64,000 bases of DNA from Kiritimatiellia bacterium. Its GTDB lineage: Bacteria; Verrucomicrobiota; Kiritimatiellia; RFP12; UBA1067. The stretch is from positions 32,001 through 96,000 of the forward strand of contig JBMNFY010000004.1 of assembly GCA_050949565.1 (NCBI GenBank), in the 5' to 3' direction. Of this stretch, positions 9,313 through 18,456 are shown piece by piece. Within the stretch, counting starts at the first letter, position 1. Every line of letters starts with the position of its first letter. The notes beneath the pieces were generated by a model. That model ran no database searches. It was not told where the DNA came from and was given only the letters and a program-made list of their open reading frames with translations. A program made the translations under genes and the position numbers.

Positions 9313-10088
9313 GTACGGTGACCTCCCGCGAGAAGAACATGTTGCTGATAGCCGTGGTGGTGCTGCTGTATGCGGCCGCAGCCCTGAGCTACAAAAAGCA
9401 GATGACGAACTGGAAGGCGGCGGAACGTATCTACCGGTCTGCACAGAAAAAAGTGCAGGAGGAGCGCGCATTGATTGCAGCCCGCGACGAGTGGAGTGCC
9501 CGTTATGCACAGATGCGCGACCTGATGCCGGTGTTCCCGTATGAGCAGGATGTCGATACCTACTGGCTGAATGTCATGGATGCGGCGGCGTCGCGCAACG
9601 GGCTCATGATCGCGCGGCGTCAGGCCAACAAAGAGATTGAGGTCGGCGATGTCTACGAACTGCCGATTGAGTGCAAGGATTGGGAGGGCACGCTTGAGGC
9701 GTTGGTCAAGTTCCTCTATGATTTGCACAAAGAAGGAGCCATGCTGGATGTGCGGCAGCTCTTTATCCGTCCGGCTAACCGGCCGGGCTATCTGAAGGGG
9801 ACCTTCACCCTGTACTGCGCTTACATGCGGGGTGACGATGCCCGTCCGCCCGCCGGAAAGCAAGCCGCTCCGGCTGCGGCGGTGGACGCGGACGCGCCGT
9901 CGTCAGAGGGCGACGCCGGCACGCCAGTCCAAGCGCCGTCTGAGGCGCAGCCGCAGGCAGCCCCCGAGGCGGTGCCCGAGCCTCCTGAGCCTGCGCCGCT
10001 GCCTGAGACCGCGAACACGACGAACACTCCGGCGGCCGCACCGGCCGCCGGGCCAGTGCCTGACGAGCCCGAAGGGAATGTGCCGTAA
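9309..10088 (+). CDS. gspM: GspM/PilO-like protein with Pro/Ala-rich tail
   Basis: TSREKNMLL plus TM, coiled coil, WEGTLEALVKFLY; ATGA overlap. Confidence 0.7.
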   Translation: MSTVTSREKNMLLIAVVVLLYAAAALSYKKQMTNWKAAERIYRSAQKKVQEERALIAARDEWSARYAQMRDLMPVFPYEQDVDTYWLNVMDAAASRNGLMIARRQANKEIEVGDVYELPIECKDWEGTLEALVKFLYDLHKEGAMLDVRQLFIRPANRPGYLKGTFTLYCAYMRGDDARPPAGKQAAPAAAVDADAPSSEGDAGTPVQAPSEAQPQAAPEAVPEPPEPAPLPETANTTNTPAAAPAAGPVPDEPEGNVP

Positions 10089-10118
10089 GCAGACACCACG
10101 TTTTGTGAGGAAACACGT

Positions 10119-13073
10119 ATGAACAACATTTGCAATCATCTGATGAATCTGGGCGCGGTCAGCGTGCTCGTCCTGGGTGTTGCTCTGGCGCAAGACCAGA
10201 CGCCGCAGCCGGCCGCCGTTCCGGTCCCGGCGCAAAATCGCCCGACGCCCGTGACGCGCCGCCCGTTGAATCCCGTGCGTCGGCCGACGGCACCGGGTGC
10301 CGCTGCCACGCCGCCTGCCGCGCCGGCATCGTCGGAGCCGCTTGAGCCCACGCTGGATAAGAGCATGTTGAAAAACAAGAGCACCATGCCGGGGTTGAAG
10401 TATAAAAAGAACCCGATCGAGATCGTGCTGATGGACTACGCGCTGGTGACCGGCAAGACCCTGCTGACATCGCCGGGCGTGCAGCCGCTGCTCAAAAACG
10501 AGATCACGCTTGAGAGCCAGGAGGGAGTGCCGCTGACCCGTGAGGAGTATCTGGACGCGATTGAGTCCGTACTCAGCATGAACGGAATCGTGCTTGAGCC
10601 GTTCGGCGAGAAGTTTCTAAAGGTTCTGCCGCTCAAAACCGTGCGTACCGATGGCATCCGCATCCAGATGGATACGCCAGACGGCGGATATCCTGAAAAG
10701 AGTCAGGTGGTCAGTCAGATGATCCAGCTTAAGGCCATCGCGGTCAGCGAGGCGCAGAAGGCGATCGAAGGCTTCAAACGGCCCGACGGGCTGATCCAGA
10801 CGTTTGAGCGTACCAACAGCCTGCTGGTCACCGACACGCAGGAGAATGTCAACCGTATGCTGGAGATCATCAAGTTCATCGACCAGCCGCTGGTGGCGAC
10901 CGAAGAGGTCCATGTGCGCGTGATCCGTTTTGCCAAGGCTGATGAGATCAAGAAGCGCCTTGAAGAGATTGTCGCAGAGTCGCAAAAGCAGAGTCAGGCC
11001 AAGGAAGAGATCAAGGCCAACACCTCCGGGTCGCCCGGATTTACCAGGACCGCCGGGGCGACCTCGCCGCTGACCGGTCGGCCGCTGCCGCCCGGTCTCT
11101 CGCGCCTGACCGCAGCCGCGCAACAACAGCAGGCGGCTTCCTCGCCCAACGAGATTCTCGAGACCTTGGTAAGCGATGCCGACCGGGGCATGATTCGCGG
11201 CAAGGTACAGATCATCTCGGACGAACGTTCCAATCAGCTCATCATCATCACCCGCAAAGAGAACATGAACTTCTTCGAGCGCATCATCAATGTGCTGGAT
11301 GTCGAAACCGCGCCGGATGTCAAGGTCGAGGTCCAGCGCCTTGAATTCGCCGATGCCGAAGAGGTCTCCACCATGCTGAACGACCTGATTGGCAACGCCT
11401 CGTCTAAGAAGGACGACGCTGCACCGACCGCAGCCGCCAAGAGCGACGCGCCTTCGCGCAGCACAACGCTCGCAGAGGCCGCCGCAGCCCGGACGCGACG
11501 CTCGTCGTCCGCCGCTTCCGGCGCGGGAGACTCTGGAGCCGCCAAGCTCGGCCAGCTCAGTAAAGACAACATCAAAATCTTGGCCGACAAGCGCACCAAC
11601 GCCATTGTCATGATGGGTAGTCCCAGCGACCTGGCTGCGATCAAAGAGATCATCAAAAACATGGACATCCAGCTCTCGCAGGTGCTGATCGAGACCGTGG
11701 TGCTGGAGGTCGAGTTGGGTGACGATCTGAAGACAGGTATGGATTGGGTGATGCGGGGCAAACACACGACGCATGAGCCGATTTACGGCGATCCTGATGA
11801 TCCGACTAAAATCACGGGGTATGCACGCAGAGTCAATCGCAACACGATCTTCAACAACGGCGACCAGATGGGTGGCGGCGGCGGGAGCGGCTCGTCGCTA
11901 CTGGGGGGATTGTTGGGGCTGGGAGCGACAGTGGCAACAAACGCGGCGGATACGGCATCTGGGGTTCTCGGGGCGCGGACGGGGATCAGCTATTTCCTGA
12001 AATCCGACAAGTTGAACATTGCAGCGCTGATCGAAGCGTCAAAATCTGACTCGCGCACCAAAGTGCTTTCCTCGCCAGTATTGATGACCGTGGACAACAA
12101 AGAAGCCACGCTGAAGGCGACCTCCATGCGCTATCTCTACAAAGGCGTACGCTACTCGGGGAGTACGCAATATGGCACCGAAGTGCCGGACTTCGAGCAG
12201 CGCGATATTGGCTTGACCGTTAACATCACGCCGCGGATCAATCCGAGCGGGGCCGTGACACTTACGATTGAGAAAACCTTTGAAACCGTGGGTGCCAATC
12301 AGCAGGTTGGTGAAGAATCCTACCCAACGGTCAACACACGCGAGGTCAAGGCAGATGTCTCGGTTGAGAATATGCAGACTGTGGTGCTGGGTGGTCTGGT
12401 GCAGAATGAGATTAAAACAGAGGAAGTAGGAATCCCCATTCTTAAAGATATCCCTTGGATCGGCAAATACCTTTTTGGGCAAACCTCACATGTTGAAAAC
12501 CGTTCCGAGCTTCTGATTTTTCTGACCCCGTATGTGTTGGACACGCCGAAAGAACTGGAGGCCGAGGCCGCACGGCGGAAAGTTGCTCTTTCGGATGATC
12601 AGCCCTGGATGGATTACGGTTGGTCAAAAAGCAAATTGGCCGATCCTATGCCATTGGCGGAGAGAATACGGCGTACCAAACAAGGCTGGGCCACGGAGGA
12701 TACCAATTACGAGGCCGAGAAAGAATACGAAAAACTGCTGAAGGCACGCAAAGAACAAATAGACAAACGGACAAAGAAGGATGCCGAAAAGGCAATGCGT
12801 CGGGCAGAGGAGGAGAATGACGACGCGACCGAGGCCAAATTGCGGGCAGTGCTGAGCGAGATGCAGGCCAAAAAACGGGCACGCATGGCAGAAGAAGATC
12901 AACGGCCCGTGGGCGAGTCTCCCTCGACTATTACGGTGACGGATTCGACAGAGGTGCTCATGCCCAAGGACATGCCGCTTGAGCAATTGCTTGCTCCTGA
13001 TGCGGCACCGGTATCCCCCAATCAGCAGGACGAAGCGGACGAGCCGAAAAAAGCGTGGTGGAAGCTCTGGTGA
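10119..13073 (+). CDS. gspD: Type II secretion secretin GspD with long C-terminal extension
   Basis: Signal peptide; repeated N-domains (ERTNSLL, DERSNQLII, DKRTNAIV); QVLIE, VVLGGL, GIPILKDIPWIGKYLF, SELLIFLTPYV. Confidence 0.95.
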   Translation: MNNICNHLMNLGAVSVLVLGVALAQDQTPQPAAVPVPAQNRPTPVTRRPLNPVRRPTAPGAAATPPAAPASSEPLEPTLDKSMLKNKSTMPGLKYKKNPIEIVLMDYALVTGKTLLTSPGVQPLLKNEITLESQEGVPLTREEYLDAIESVLSMNGIVLEPFGEKFLKVLPLKTVRTDGIRIQMDTPDGGYPEKSQVVSQMIQLKAIAVSEAQKAIEGFKRPDGLIQTFERTNSLLVTDTQENVNRMLEIIKFIDQPLVATEEVHVRVIRFAKADEIKKRLEEIVAESQKQSQAKEEIKANTSGSPGFTRTAGATSPLTGRPLPPGLSRLTAAAQQQQAASSPNEILETLVSDADRGMIRGKVQIISDERSNQLIIITRKENMNFFERIINVLDVETAPDVKVEVQRLEFADAEEVSTMLNDLIGNASSKKDDAAPTAAAKSDAPSRSTTLAEAAAARTRRSSSAASGAGDSGAAKLGQLSKDNIKILADKRTNAIVMMGSPSDLAAIKEIIKNMDIQLSQVLIETVVLEVELGDDLKTGMDWVMRGKHTTHEPIYGDPDDPTKITGYARRVNRNTIFNNGDQMGGGGGSGSSLLGGLLGLGATVATNAADTASGVLGARTGISYFLKSDKLNIAALIEASKSDSRTKVLSSPVLMTVDNKEATLKATSMRYLYKGVRYSGSTQYGTEVPDFEQRDIGLTVNITPRINPSGAVTLTIEKTFETVGANQQVGEESYPTVNTREVKADVSVENMQTVVLGGLVQNEIKTEEVGIPILKDIPWIGKYLFGQTSHVENRSELLIFLTPYVLDTPKELEAEAARRKVALSDDQPWMDYGWSKSKLADPMPLAERIRRTKQGWATEDTNYEAEKEYEKLLKARKEQIDKRTKKDAEKAMRRAEEENDDATEAKLRAVLSEMQAKKRARMAEEDQRPVGESPSTITVTDSTEVLMPKDMPLEQLLAPDAAPVSPNQQDEADEPKKAWWKLW

Positions 13074-16000
13074 TGGCTGGGTGGTGCTGGGCAGTGCTGG
13101 GTGCGGCCGGCAAGCATGTCTTGGTCGCTATTGTGGACTCGGCGAACTGCTATGCGAGCCGCCATGTCTTGCTTGCTATTGTGGACTCGGCGAACTGTTA
13201 TGCGAGCCGTGCGTTCAAGCGCAATGTCATCGATAACGAAGGCTGGGCGGACTGGCGCGAGGGGAATGCGGAAAGCCTGCTGCTGGTCTGGTGGGACCGT
13301 GCCGAGATCCCTGAGCGGACTTGGTCAGAGACGGCGTTTCTTTTTTCATCGGGCGGGGAGTCAGCTTCGCTCTCCACGCCGCTCGTGGCGGTCTTCTCGC
13401 CCGATGGTATGCTCGCAGTACCGGTGATCGATAATGCGGAAGGCGTACTGCTGGATTTTGACGCATTCACGGAGGCTGTCGATGAGCGTCTTGAGGCGTG
13501 GGCGGATGTGCCGTCCGGTGCGCTGGTCTGGCCGCCCGTGACGCAGGCTTCTGGTCAGCGCGCGCGCTGGTCGCTGGATTACTACGGATCGCGCGAAAAA
13601 GGATTTGCCAAGCAGTGGCCGGTGTTGGTAGCGATTGTCGATTCGGGCGTAGCATCGGCGACAACCGAGGCGTGGGTGCGCGGTGTGTTGATGTCCGAGG
13701 AGTGGCAGGATTGGCTGGACTCCACGAACATCCTGCTGGTCTGGTGGGATCGCGCTAAGATTTCACGGGCGCAGTGGGACAAAGTGGCCTTCCTGTTTGC
13801 GTCTGGCGAGGGCGGCATCGTGTTGCCGCAGATGGTGCTTTTTGATACGAACGGGTTGAAGGTCGATCAGTTTCTCGCAGTCAACAACGGGGATAACAAT
13901 CTGTCGAGTGCCGGTGACTTCATTGATCGGCTGGATGAGGCGATGGAGTGGGACGGCCTCCAGATCGGGCCCGGATGGGTCGGGTTCACGGATCCGGCGC
14001 AGACCGTGTCGGCGACCACCAACGCTGTGACGGTGACGGTGAAACGTTGGGGTGGCGCGAGTGAGGGGGCGCAGACCTTCCGTGTGTTCACGGTGTCGGG
14101 GAGCGAGACGAACGCGGCGGTTGCGGGGATTCACTATAAATCCGTAAACGCTTCGGTGAGTTGGGCCGCTGGGGAGAGCGGCGAGAAAACGGTTATCGTA
14201 CCGCTATTGGACGGCGCCGATGTCATCGTGACCCAGCGCGTGTTTCATGTGAGATTGGAGAAAGGGGCGGGCACTACGGCGAAACTGGGCACGACCAATC
14301 ATACGGTTACGGTCGATTATGCGCCGGGCGTGATCGGCTTCACGACGAACGCATTGACCGTGTATGCCGGAAGCGATTACGCTGAAGTAACGGTGCGGCG
14401 ATCTGGCGGGGTGCTGGGCAAGCAGACAGTCACGCTGAAGACGCATGCCGGAACCGCCGCCGCTTATTTCAAAACGGTGACCACCAATCTCGTCTGGGCG
14501 TCGGGTGAGTTAGGCGATAAGCAGGTGCGGATTCCACTGCAAGGGGATGCGCTGGATTTTGGGGCGCCGCTGACGGGGCAGGTTTTCTACGCGGTGTTGT
14601 CGCCGGCGGCGACCAATATGACAGCCCGGCTCAGTATCACTAATCAGGTGATTACGCTTCAAGGCTCTGCTTCATCTGCAGGCGACTGGAAGTATGATAG
14701 TAGCAACGGCGTGTGGCGCGTAGCCTCAAACACGAGCCAAGCCTCTGCATTGACGTGGGGTGCCCGGGAAGGAGGCTGGCTTACCTTCGCGTGGCACAAG
14801 ATTACTTCTGGCGGCACGCTTGCGGCAGCGTTGCCCGGTGTGGTCACCAACACGGCGGTGACGGATGTGACCAACCGCGTGGCACTGGCGCAGGGAACCA
14901 ACGTTGTGTGGATGCTCACCAACTGCACAGCGACGGTCAAGCTACTACGCTGGGAATCGGCGCAGGTGCAGCTGAGAGCGCCCGCAGACGGTTTCAGCGC
15001 GACAAACAAGATTGTGACGCTTTCTTGGGAGGTGCCGTCCGATAGTGTTGTGACCTCGTATCTGTACTACGCGCAATCACCGGATCCGATGCCGATGCAG
15101 CAACATGTCGGCGTCGCCGTGACCAATCAAGTGTCGTATACCAATGCCACGCCGGGTGCCGTTGAGTTCAAATGGCATGTGGAGATGGATATCCACGGGG
15201 ACTTGCAGACAACCGCACGAGTAGTGGGGCCGACGTGGTCGATCAACTTCCTGAAGCGAAAAGAGGTGTCGGTGGCGACACCCCCACCGGTTGCTGCCAG
15301 TGCTTCGCCGAATATCGTGCTGTATCAATACGTGCCGGCGCGCATCCCGATGGCGGAGCGTCTGAAGGCCGTGCACGGCGCGGCACGCCGCTATACGGCA
15401 AAGGGACTGCCGCGCGGATTGAAAATTGATGCGTCCACCGGCATCATTGCCGGAACGCCGAAGCGTGCGGGCACATTCCGCGCGACGGTCAAAACGACAG
15501 CAGCCGGGGCGGCATCCGCTGTTGAATTGGAGATCGAGGTTCTGCCCTGTCCGGCGTTTGCGCTGGGCGAGTTTCAGGGCGTGGTGCTGGACGAAGCGAG
15601 CCGGGTGCGCGGTGCGCTCGTGCTCAAGGTGTCGAAGAGCGGTGCGCTGTCGGGCAAGCTCGAAAGCGGCGGTCGGCGCCAGTCGCTGCGCGGTGCATGG
15701 GTTGAGGGAGACGAACAGGCGTGGACGGTCAGGCTGTCCGCCGGTCGTGCCGAGGCGATGGCCTTGGCTCTTACCTCCGAGGGTGCTGAGGGCGTGACGG
15801 TCGAGGGCTGGCGGGTACTGGCGCGGCAGGTCGCGTCCCCGCAGGCGGCCCAGCAGGTCGCGGGGGCCTACACGGCGGTGCTGCACGCCGAGGCGGCGGA
15901 CGCCTCCTGCGCACCGGCTGGCTATGGTTTCATGACATACACAGTGGCCTCACGGACAGGCTCGGTGAAGTACGGTGGGGTTTTGGCCGATGGGACGCGC

Positions 16001-16528
16001 GTGAGCGGTTCAGCAAAGATTGTGGCCGGCGACGAGGCAGGCGCGGCACTCTTCCCGCTTTACAAGGGTTTGTACGCGCGGCGCGGCGAGGTCTCGGGCG
16101 TGGTTGCCAGTACGCCGGATGGCAGCGTGGTGTTCGGGCAAGGCGGCTGGGTGAATCCCGGCGGCGGCGGATCACGCCAAGGCTCGCGGGTGTCCTTCGA
16201 TGCCGCGCTTGACGGCGTGGGCGCGCGTTACGCGCAGCCTGCCGACTGGCGTATGCTGGATGGCGCGTGGCTGACTGCGGACGGACGGCCGTTCGCGACG
16301 CTGTCGGCGGCCGGGGGCAAGCTGCTCGCGCAGACTGCCGGGGTCACCTTCTCACTGACGAAGCAGAGCGGGATATTCGCCGGGCGTTTCACAGACGAAA
16401 CCAACACAGCGCGGACATTCAAAGGGGTGTATATGCCTGCCCTGCTGTACGGCGCCGGTTTTTATCTCTGCCCCGACAGCGGGGATGGAGCAACCCCCTG
16501 CTCGCTGCCGGTTGAACTGGAGCAGTGA
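13073..16528 (+). CDS. Large surface/secreted-type protein: two thioredoxin-like repeats, two Calx-beta-like domains, putative Ig domain, C-terminal beta domain
   Basis: TGATG overlap with the gspD stop; duplicated VLVAIVDS...LLVWWDR; GFTDPAQTV..VTVKRWGG and GFTTNALTV..VTVRRSGG; AKGLPRGLKIDASTGIIAGTP. Confidence 0.75.
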   Translation: MAGWCWAVLGAAGKHVLVAIVDSANCYASRHVLLAIVDSANCYASRAFKRNVIDNEGWADWREGNAESLLLVWWDRAEIPERTWSETAFLFSSGGESASLSTPLVAVFSPDGMLAVPVIDNAEGVLLDFDAFTEAVDERLEAWADVPSGALVWPPVTQASGQRARWSLDYYGSREKGFAKQWPVLVAIVDSGVASATTEAWVRGVLMSEEWQDWLDSTNILLVWWDRAKISRAQWDKVAFLFASGEGGIVLPQMVLFDTNGLKVDQFLAVNNGDNNLSSAGDFIDRLDEAMEWDGLQIGPGWVGFTDPAQTVSATTNAVTVTVKRWGGASEGAQTFRVFTVSGSETNAAVAGIHYKSVNASVSWAAGESGEKTVIVPLLDGADVIVTQRVFHVRLEKGAGTTAKLGTTNHTVTVDYAPGVIGFTTNALTVYAGSDYAEVTVRRSGGVLGKQTVTLKTHAGTAAAYFKTVTTNLVWASGELGDKQVRIPLQGDALDFGAPLTGQVFYAVLSPAATNMTARLSITNQVITLQGSASSAGDWKYDSSNGVWRVASNTSQASALTWGAREGGWLTFAWHKITSGGTLAAALPGVVTNTAVTDVTNRVALAQGTNVVWMLTNCTATVKLLRWESAQVQLRAPADGFSATNKIVTLSWEVPSDSVVTSYLYYAQSPDPMPMQQHVGVAVTNQVSYTNATPGAVEFKWHVEMDIHGDLQTTARVVGPTWSINFLKRKEVSVATPPPVAASASPNIVLYQYVPARIPMAERLKAVHGAARRYTAKGLPRGLKIDASTGIIAGTPKRAGTFRATVKTTAAGAASAVELEIEVLPCPAFALGEFQGVVLDEASRVRGALVLKVSKSGALSGKLESGGRRQSLRGAWVEGDEQAWTVRLSAGRAEAMALALTSEGAEGVTVEGWRVLARQVASPQAAQQVAGAYTAVLHAEAADASCAPAGYGFMTYTVASRTGSVKYGGVLADGTRVSGSAKIVAGDEAGAALFPLYKGLYARRGEVSGVVASTPDGSVVFGQGGWVNPGGGGSRQGSRVSFDAALDGVGARYAQPADWRMLDGAWLTADGRPFATLSAAGGKLLAQTAGVTFSLTKQSGIFAGRFTDETNTARTFKGVYMPALLYGAGFYLCPDSGDGATPCSLPVELEQ
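13074..13107 (+). repeat. GCTGGG-N4 decamer array; 34-bp exact direct repeat of 16536-16569
   Basis: tggctgggtggtgctgggcagtgctgggtgcggc at both sites. Confidence 0.9.
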
Positions 16529-16530
16529 TG

Positions 16531-16695
16531 GGTGGTGGCTGGGTGGTGCTGGGCAGTGCTGGGTGCGGCTGGGCGCAGGCCCCCAGAGACACCCAGCGCC
16601 ACCCAGAGGCACGCAGGCAGAGCAGGGCGGGTGGTGCTGGGTGGTGCTGGGCAGACCCCAGAAACACCCAGTTCCACCCAGAAACACCCAGCTCC
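16531..16695. repeat. Two hairpins of inverted decamer arrays (GCTGGGNNNN)n ... (CCCAGNNNNA)n
   Basis: gctgggtggt gctgggcagt gctgggtgcg gctggg / ccccagagac acccagcgcc acccag; second arm pair 16627-16692. Confidence 0.9.
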
Positions 16696-16715
16696 CCAAA
16701 AAAAGAAGGCACGAT

Positions 16716-17288
16716 ATGAGCGAGCGTTTTCTGAAAAGTCCCGGTGATCCTCGGAAGCTGCTGGCCTACAAAAAAGCGGAGATCATCTATCTGCTCACAT
16801 ATCGGTTTTGCGAGCGCTTCCTGAGAAAAGGTGATCGCACGATCGATCAGATGGTGCAGGCGGCGCGGTCGGGCAAACAAAACATTATCGAGGGCGTCGA
16901 GGCTGCGGTGACCTCGAAAGAGACGGAGATCAAGCTCATCAACGTTGCACGGGCCAGCCTAGGGGAACTGCTGGAGGATTACCGCGACTATCTGGCAACC
17001 CGAAGTCTGGCGGTTTGGGAGAAGGAATCCGAGAAGGCGGTTTTTGTCCGCAAGAAGAGCCGTAACCCGGAGGCCGACTACGAGACCTTCAGGGAGTTTG
17101 TGGAAACCCGCTCGGACGAAGTCGTGGCCAACATCGCCGTCTGCCTCATTTACCAGTGCCGCTACCTGCTGGAACGGCTTCTGAAGCAGCGCGAAGAGGC
17201 GTTCCGGTCGGAAGGGGGGCTCCGGGAGCGCATGACGCATGTGCGGCTTGAAGCCCGGCGGCAGAAGCGGCCGGGCGGCACCGGGTAG
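16716..17288 (+). CDS. Four-helix-bundle protein with suffix domain (23S rRNA IVS protein / Avd-like superfamily)
   Basis: LLAYKKAEIIY, RTIDQMVQAARSGKQNIIEG, KLINVARASLGELLEDY, EGGLRERMT signature; start ATG 16716. Confidence 0.88.
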   Translation: MSERFLKSPGDPRKLLAYKKAEIIYLLTYRFCERFLRKGDRTIDQMVQAARSGKQNIIEGVEAAVTSKETEIKLINVARASLGELLEDYRDYLATRSLAVWEKESEKAVFVRKKSRNPEADYETFREFVETRSDEVVANIAVCLIYQCRYLLERLLKQREEAFRSEGGLRERMTHVRLEARRQKRPGGTG

Positions 17289-17389
17289 TGCTGGTGCTGG
17301 GACTGGCTGGGGCTGGGTCATGCTGGGTAGCGCTGGGTATGGCTGGGTGGGTCCCCAGAAACACCCAGCGCCACCCAGAAATACCCAGC
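17281..17389. repeat. Third decamer hairpin array directly downstream of the four-helix-bundle gene
   Basis: gctgggtcat gctgggtagc gctgggtatg gctggg / ccccagaaac acccagcgcc acccagaaat acccagc. Confidence 0.9.
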
Positions 17390-17433
17390 AGCGCGCGCGG
17401 TGCGCAAAACTGCAAAACTGCAAAACTTGGCCG

Positions 17434-17462
17434 TTGACAGTCCGCATGCGATCGGCTAACCT
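17434..17462 (+). promoter_or_regulatory. Sigma70 promoter of rplM-rpsI
   Basis: TTGACA-17 nt-TAACCT, preceded by (GCAAAACT)x3 at 17404-17427. Confidence 0.7.
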
Positions 17463-17507
17463 AATAAACCATTTTTCGCGAAGAAGGAAGAGAGACAGGT
17501 TATAACC

Positions 17508-17939
17508 ATGACGAAGACGTTTGTACCGAAGGATCCGGGCACGGCCCGTAAGTGGCAGTTGGTGGATGCGACCGATAAGCCGCTGGGACGGCTTGCCGTC
17601 AACATCGCGAATGCTCTGCGCGGTAAGGACCGCCCCACGTTTGATCCGAGCGTGGACACGGGCGATTTTGTGATCGTGATCAATGCGGAGAAGGTTCGCT
17701 TGACCGGTCGCAAGCTCGATCAAAAAGAGTATCAGCGCTATTCTGGCTACCGCGGCGGGCTGAAACGTTTCTCCGCGCGGACCATGCTGGAAAAACACCC
17801 AGACCGTGTGATTATGGAGGCGGTGTGGGGCATGCTGCCGAAGAACACGTTGAGCCGTAAGCTGATGACCCGGGTGCGGGTCTACCGCGGCGCGGAGCAT
17901 CCGCACGCGGCGCAGCAGCCTGTGGCGGCAGCGTTCTAA
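17508..17939 (+). CDS. rplM: 50S ribosomal protein L13
   Basis: [39 protein letters not shown]. Confidence 0.98.
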   Translation: MTKTFVPKDPGTARKWQLVDATDKPLGRLAVNIANALRGKDRPTFDPSVDTGDFVIVINAEKVRLTGRKLDQKEYQRYSGYRGGLKRFSARTMLEKHPDRVIMEAVWGMLPKNTLSRKLMTRVRVYRGAEHPHAAQQPVAAAF

Positions 17940-17974
17940 ACATTCCAATCATTCCAACGAGAAGGTTGACGAAG

Positions 17975-18367
17975 ATGTCGAAAGAAATTGCAGCGGGCAC
18001 CGGGCGCCGGAAAACAGCGGTCGCGCGTGTGCGCCTCTATCCGGGGACGGGCAAGTGGTCCGTGAATGACGTGGCGATCGAGGAGTACATTCCGAGTGAT
18101 GCGTTGCGCCAGTATTTGAGCCAGCCGCTGGCTCTGACGGGGATGGAAGGCAAATATGACGTGTCTATCACCGCGAAGGGTGGCGGGATCAGCGGCCAGT
18201 CCGGCGCGATCCGGCACGGTCTCTCCCGCGCGCTGGTGGCATCCGACGCGAGCTTGCGCGAGGTGCTCAAGAAGGCGGGATGCCTGACGCGTGATTCCCG
18301 CATGAAGGAGCGCAAAAAGCCGGGCCAGCCCGGCGCCCGCAAGCGCTTCCAGTTCTCGAAGCGTTAA
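17975..18367 (+). CDS. rpsI: 30S ribosomal protein S9
   Basis: [45 protein letters not shown]. Confidence 0.98.
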   Translation: MSKEIAAGTGRRKTAVARVRLYPGTGKWSVNDVAIEEYIPSDALRQYLSQPLALTGMEGKYDVSITAKGGGISGQSGAIRHGLSRALVASDASLREVLKKAGCLTRDSRMKERKKPGQPGARKRFQFSKR

Positions 18368-18399
18368 TCGTTTGATTTTTCACATCACTCTATCGAATG

Positions 18400-18442
18400 T
18401 GCGGGCGCCTGCCTCTCGCGGGCGTCCGCATTTTGCATTTTT
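18400..18442 (+). terminator. Intrinsic terminator after rpsI
   Basis: tgcgggcgcctgc/gcgggcgtccgca stem followed by a T-rich tail. Confidence 0.65.
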
Positions 18443-18456
18443 AGGTTACCACGTTT

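Noticed and set aside
264-13073. Type IV pilus or competence locus instead of T2SS
   Set aside because: GspG- and GspK-specific motifs, a GspD-type secretin and the absence of pilT favour type II secretion
16716-17288. Diversity-generating retroelement (Avd-like gene)
   Set aside because: No reverse transcriptase and no template/variable repeat pair with adenine-specific differences seen in the window
16531-17389. CRISPR array
   Set aside because: Units are 10 nt with 4-nt variable parts and invert; there are no 25-45-nt repeats with unique spacers and no cas genes
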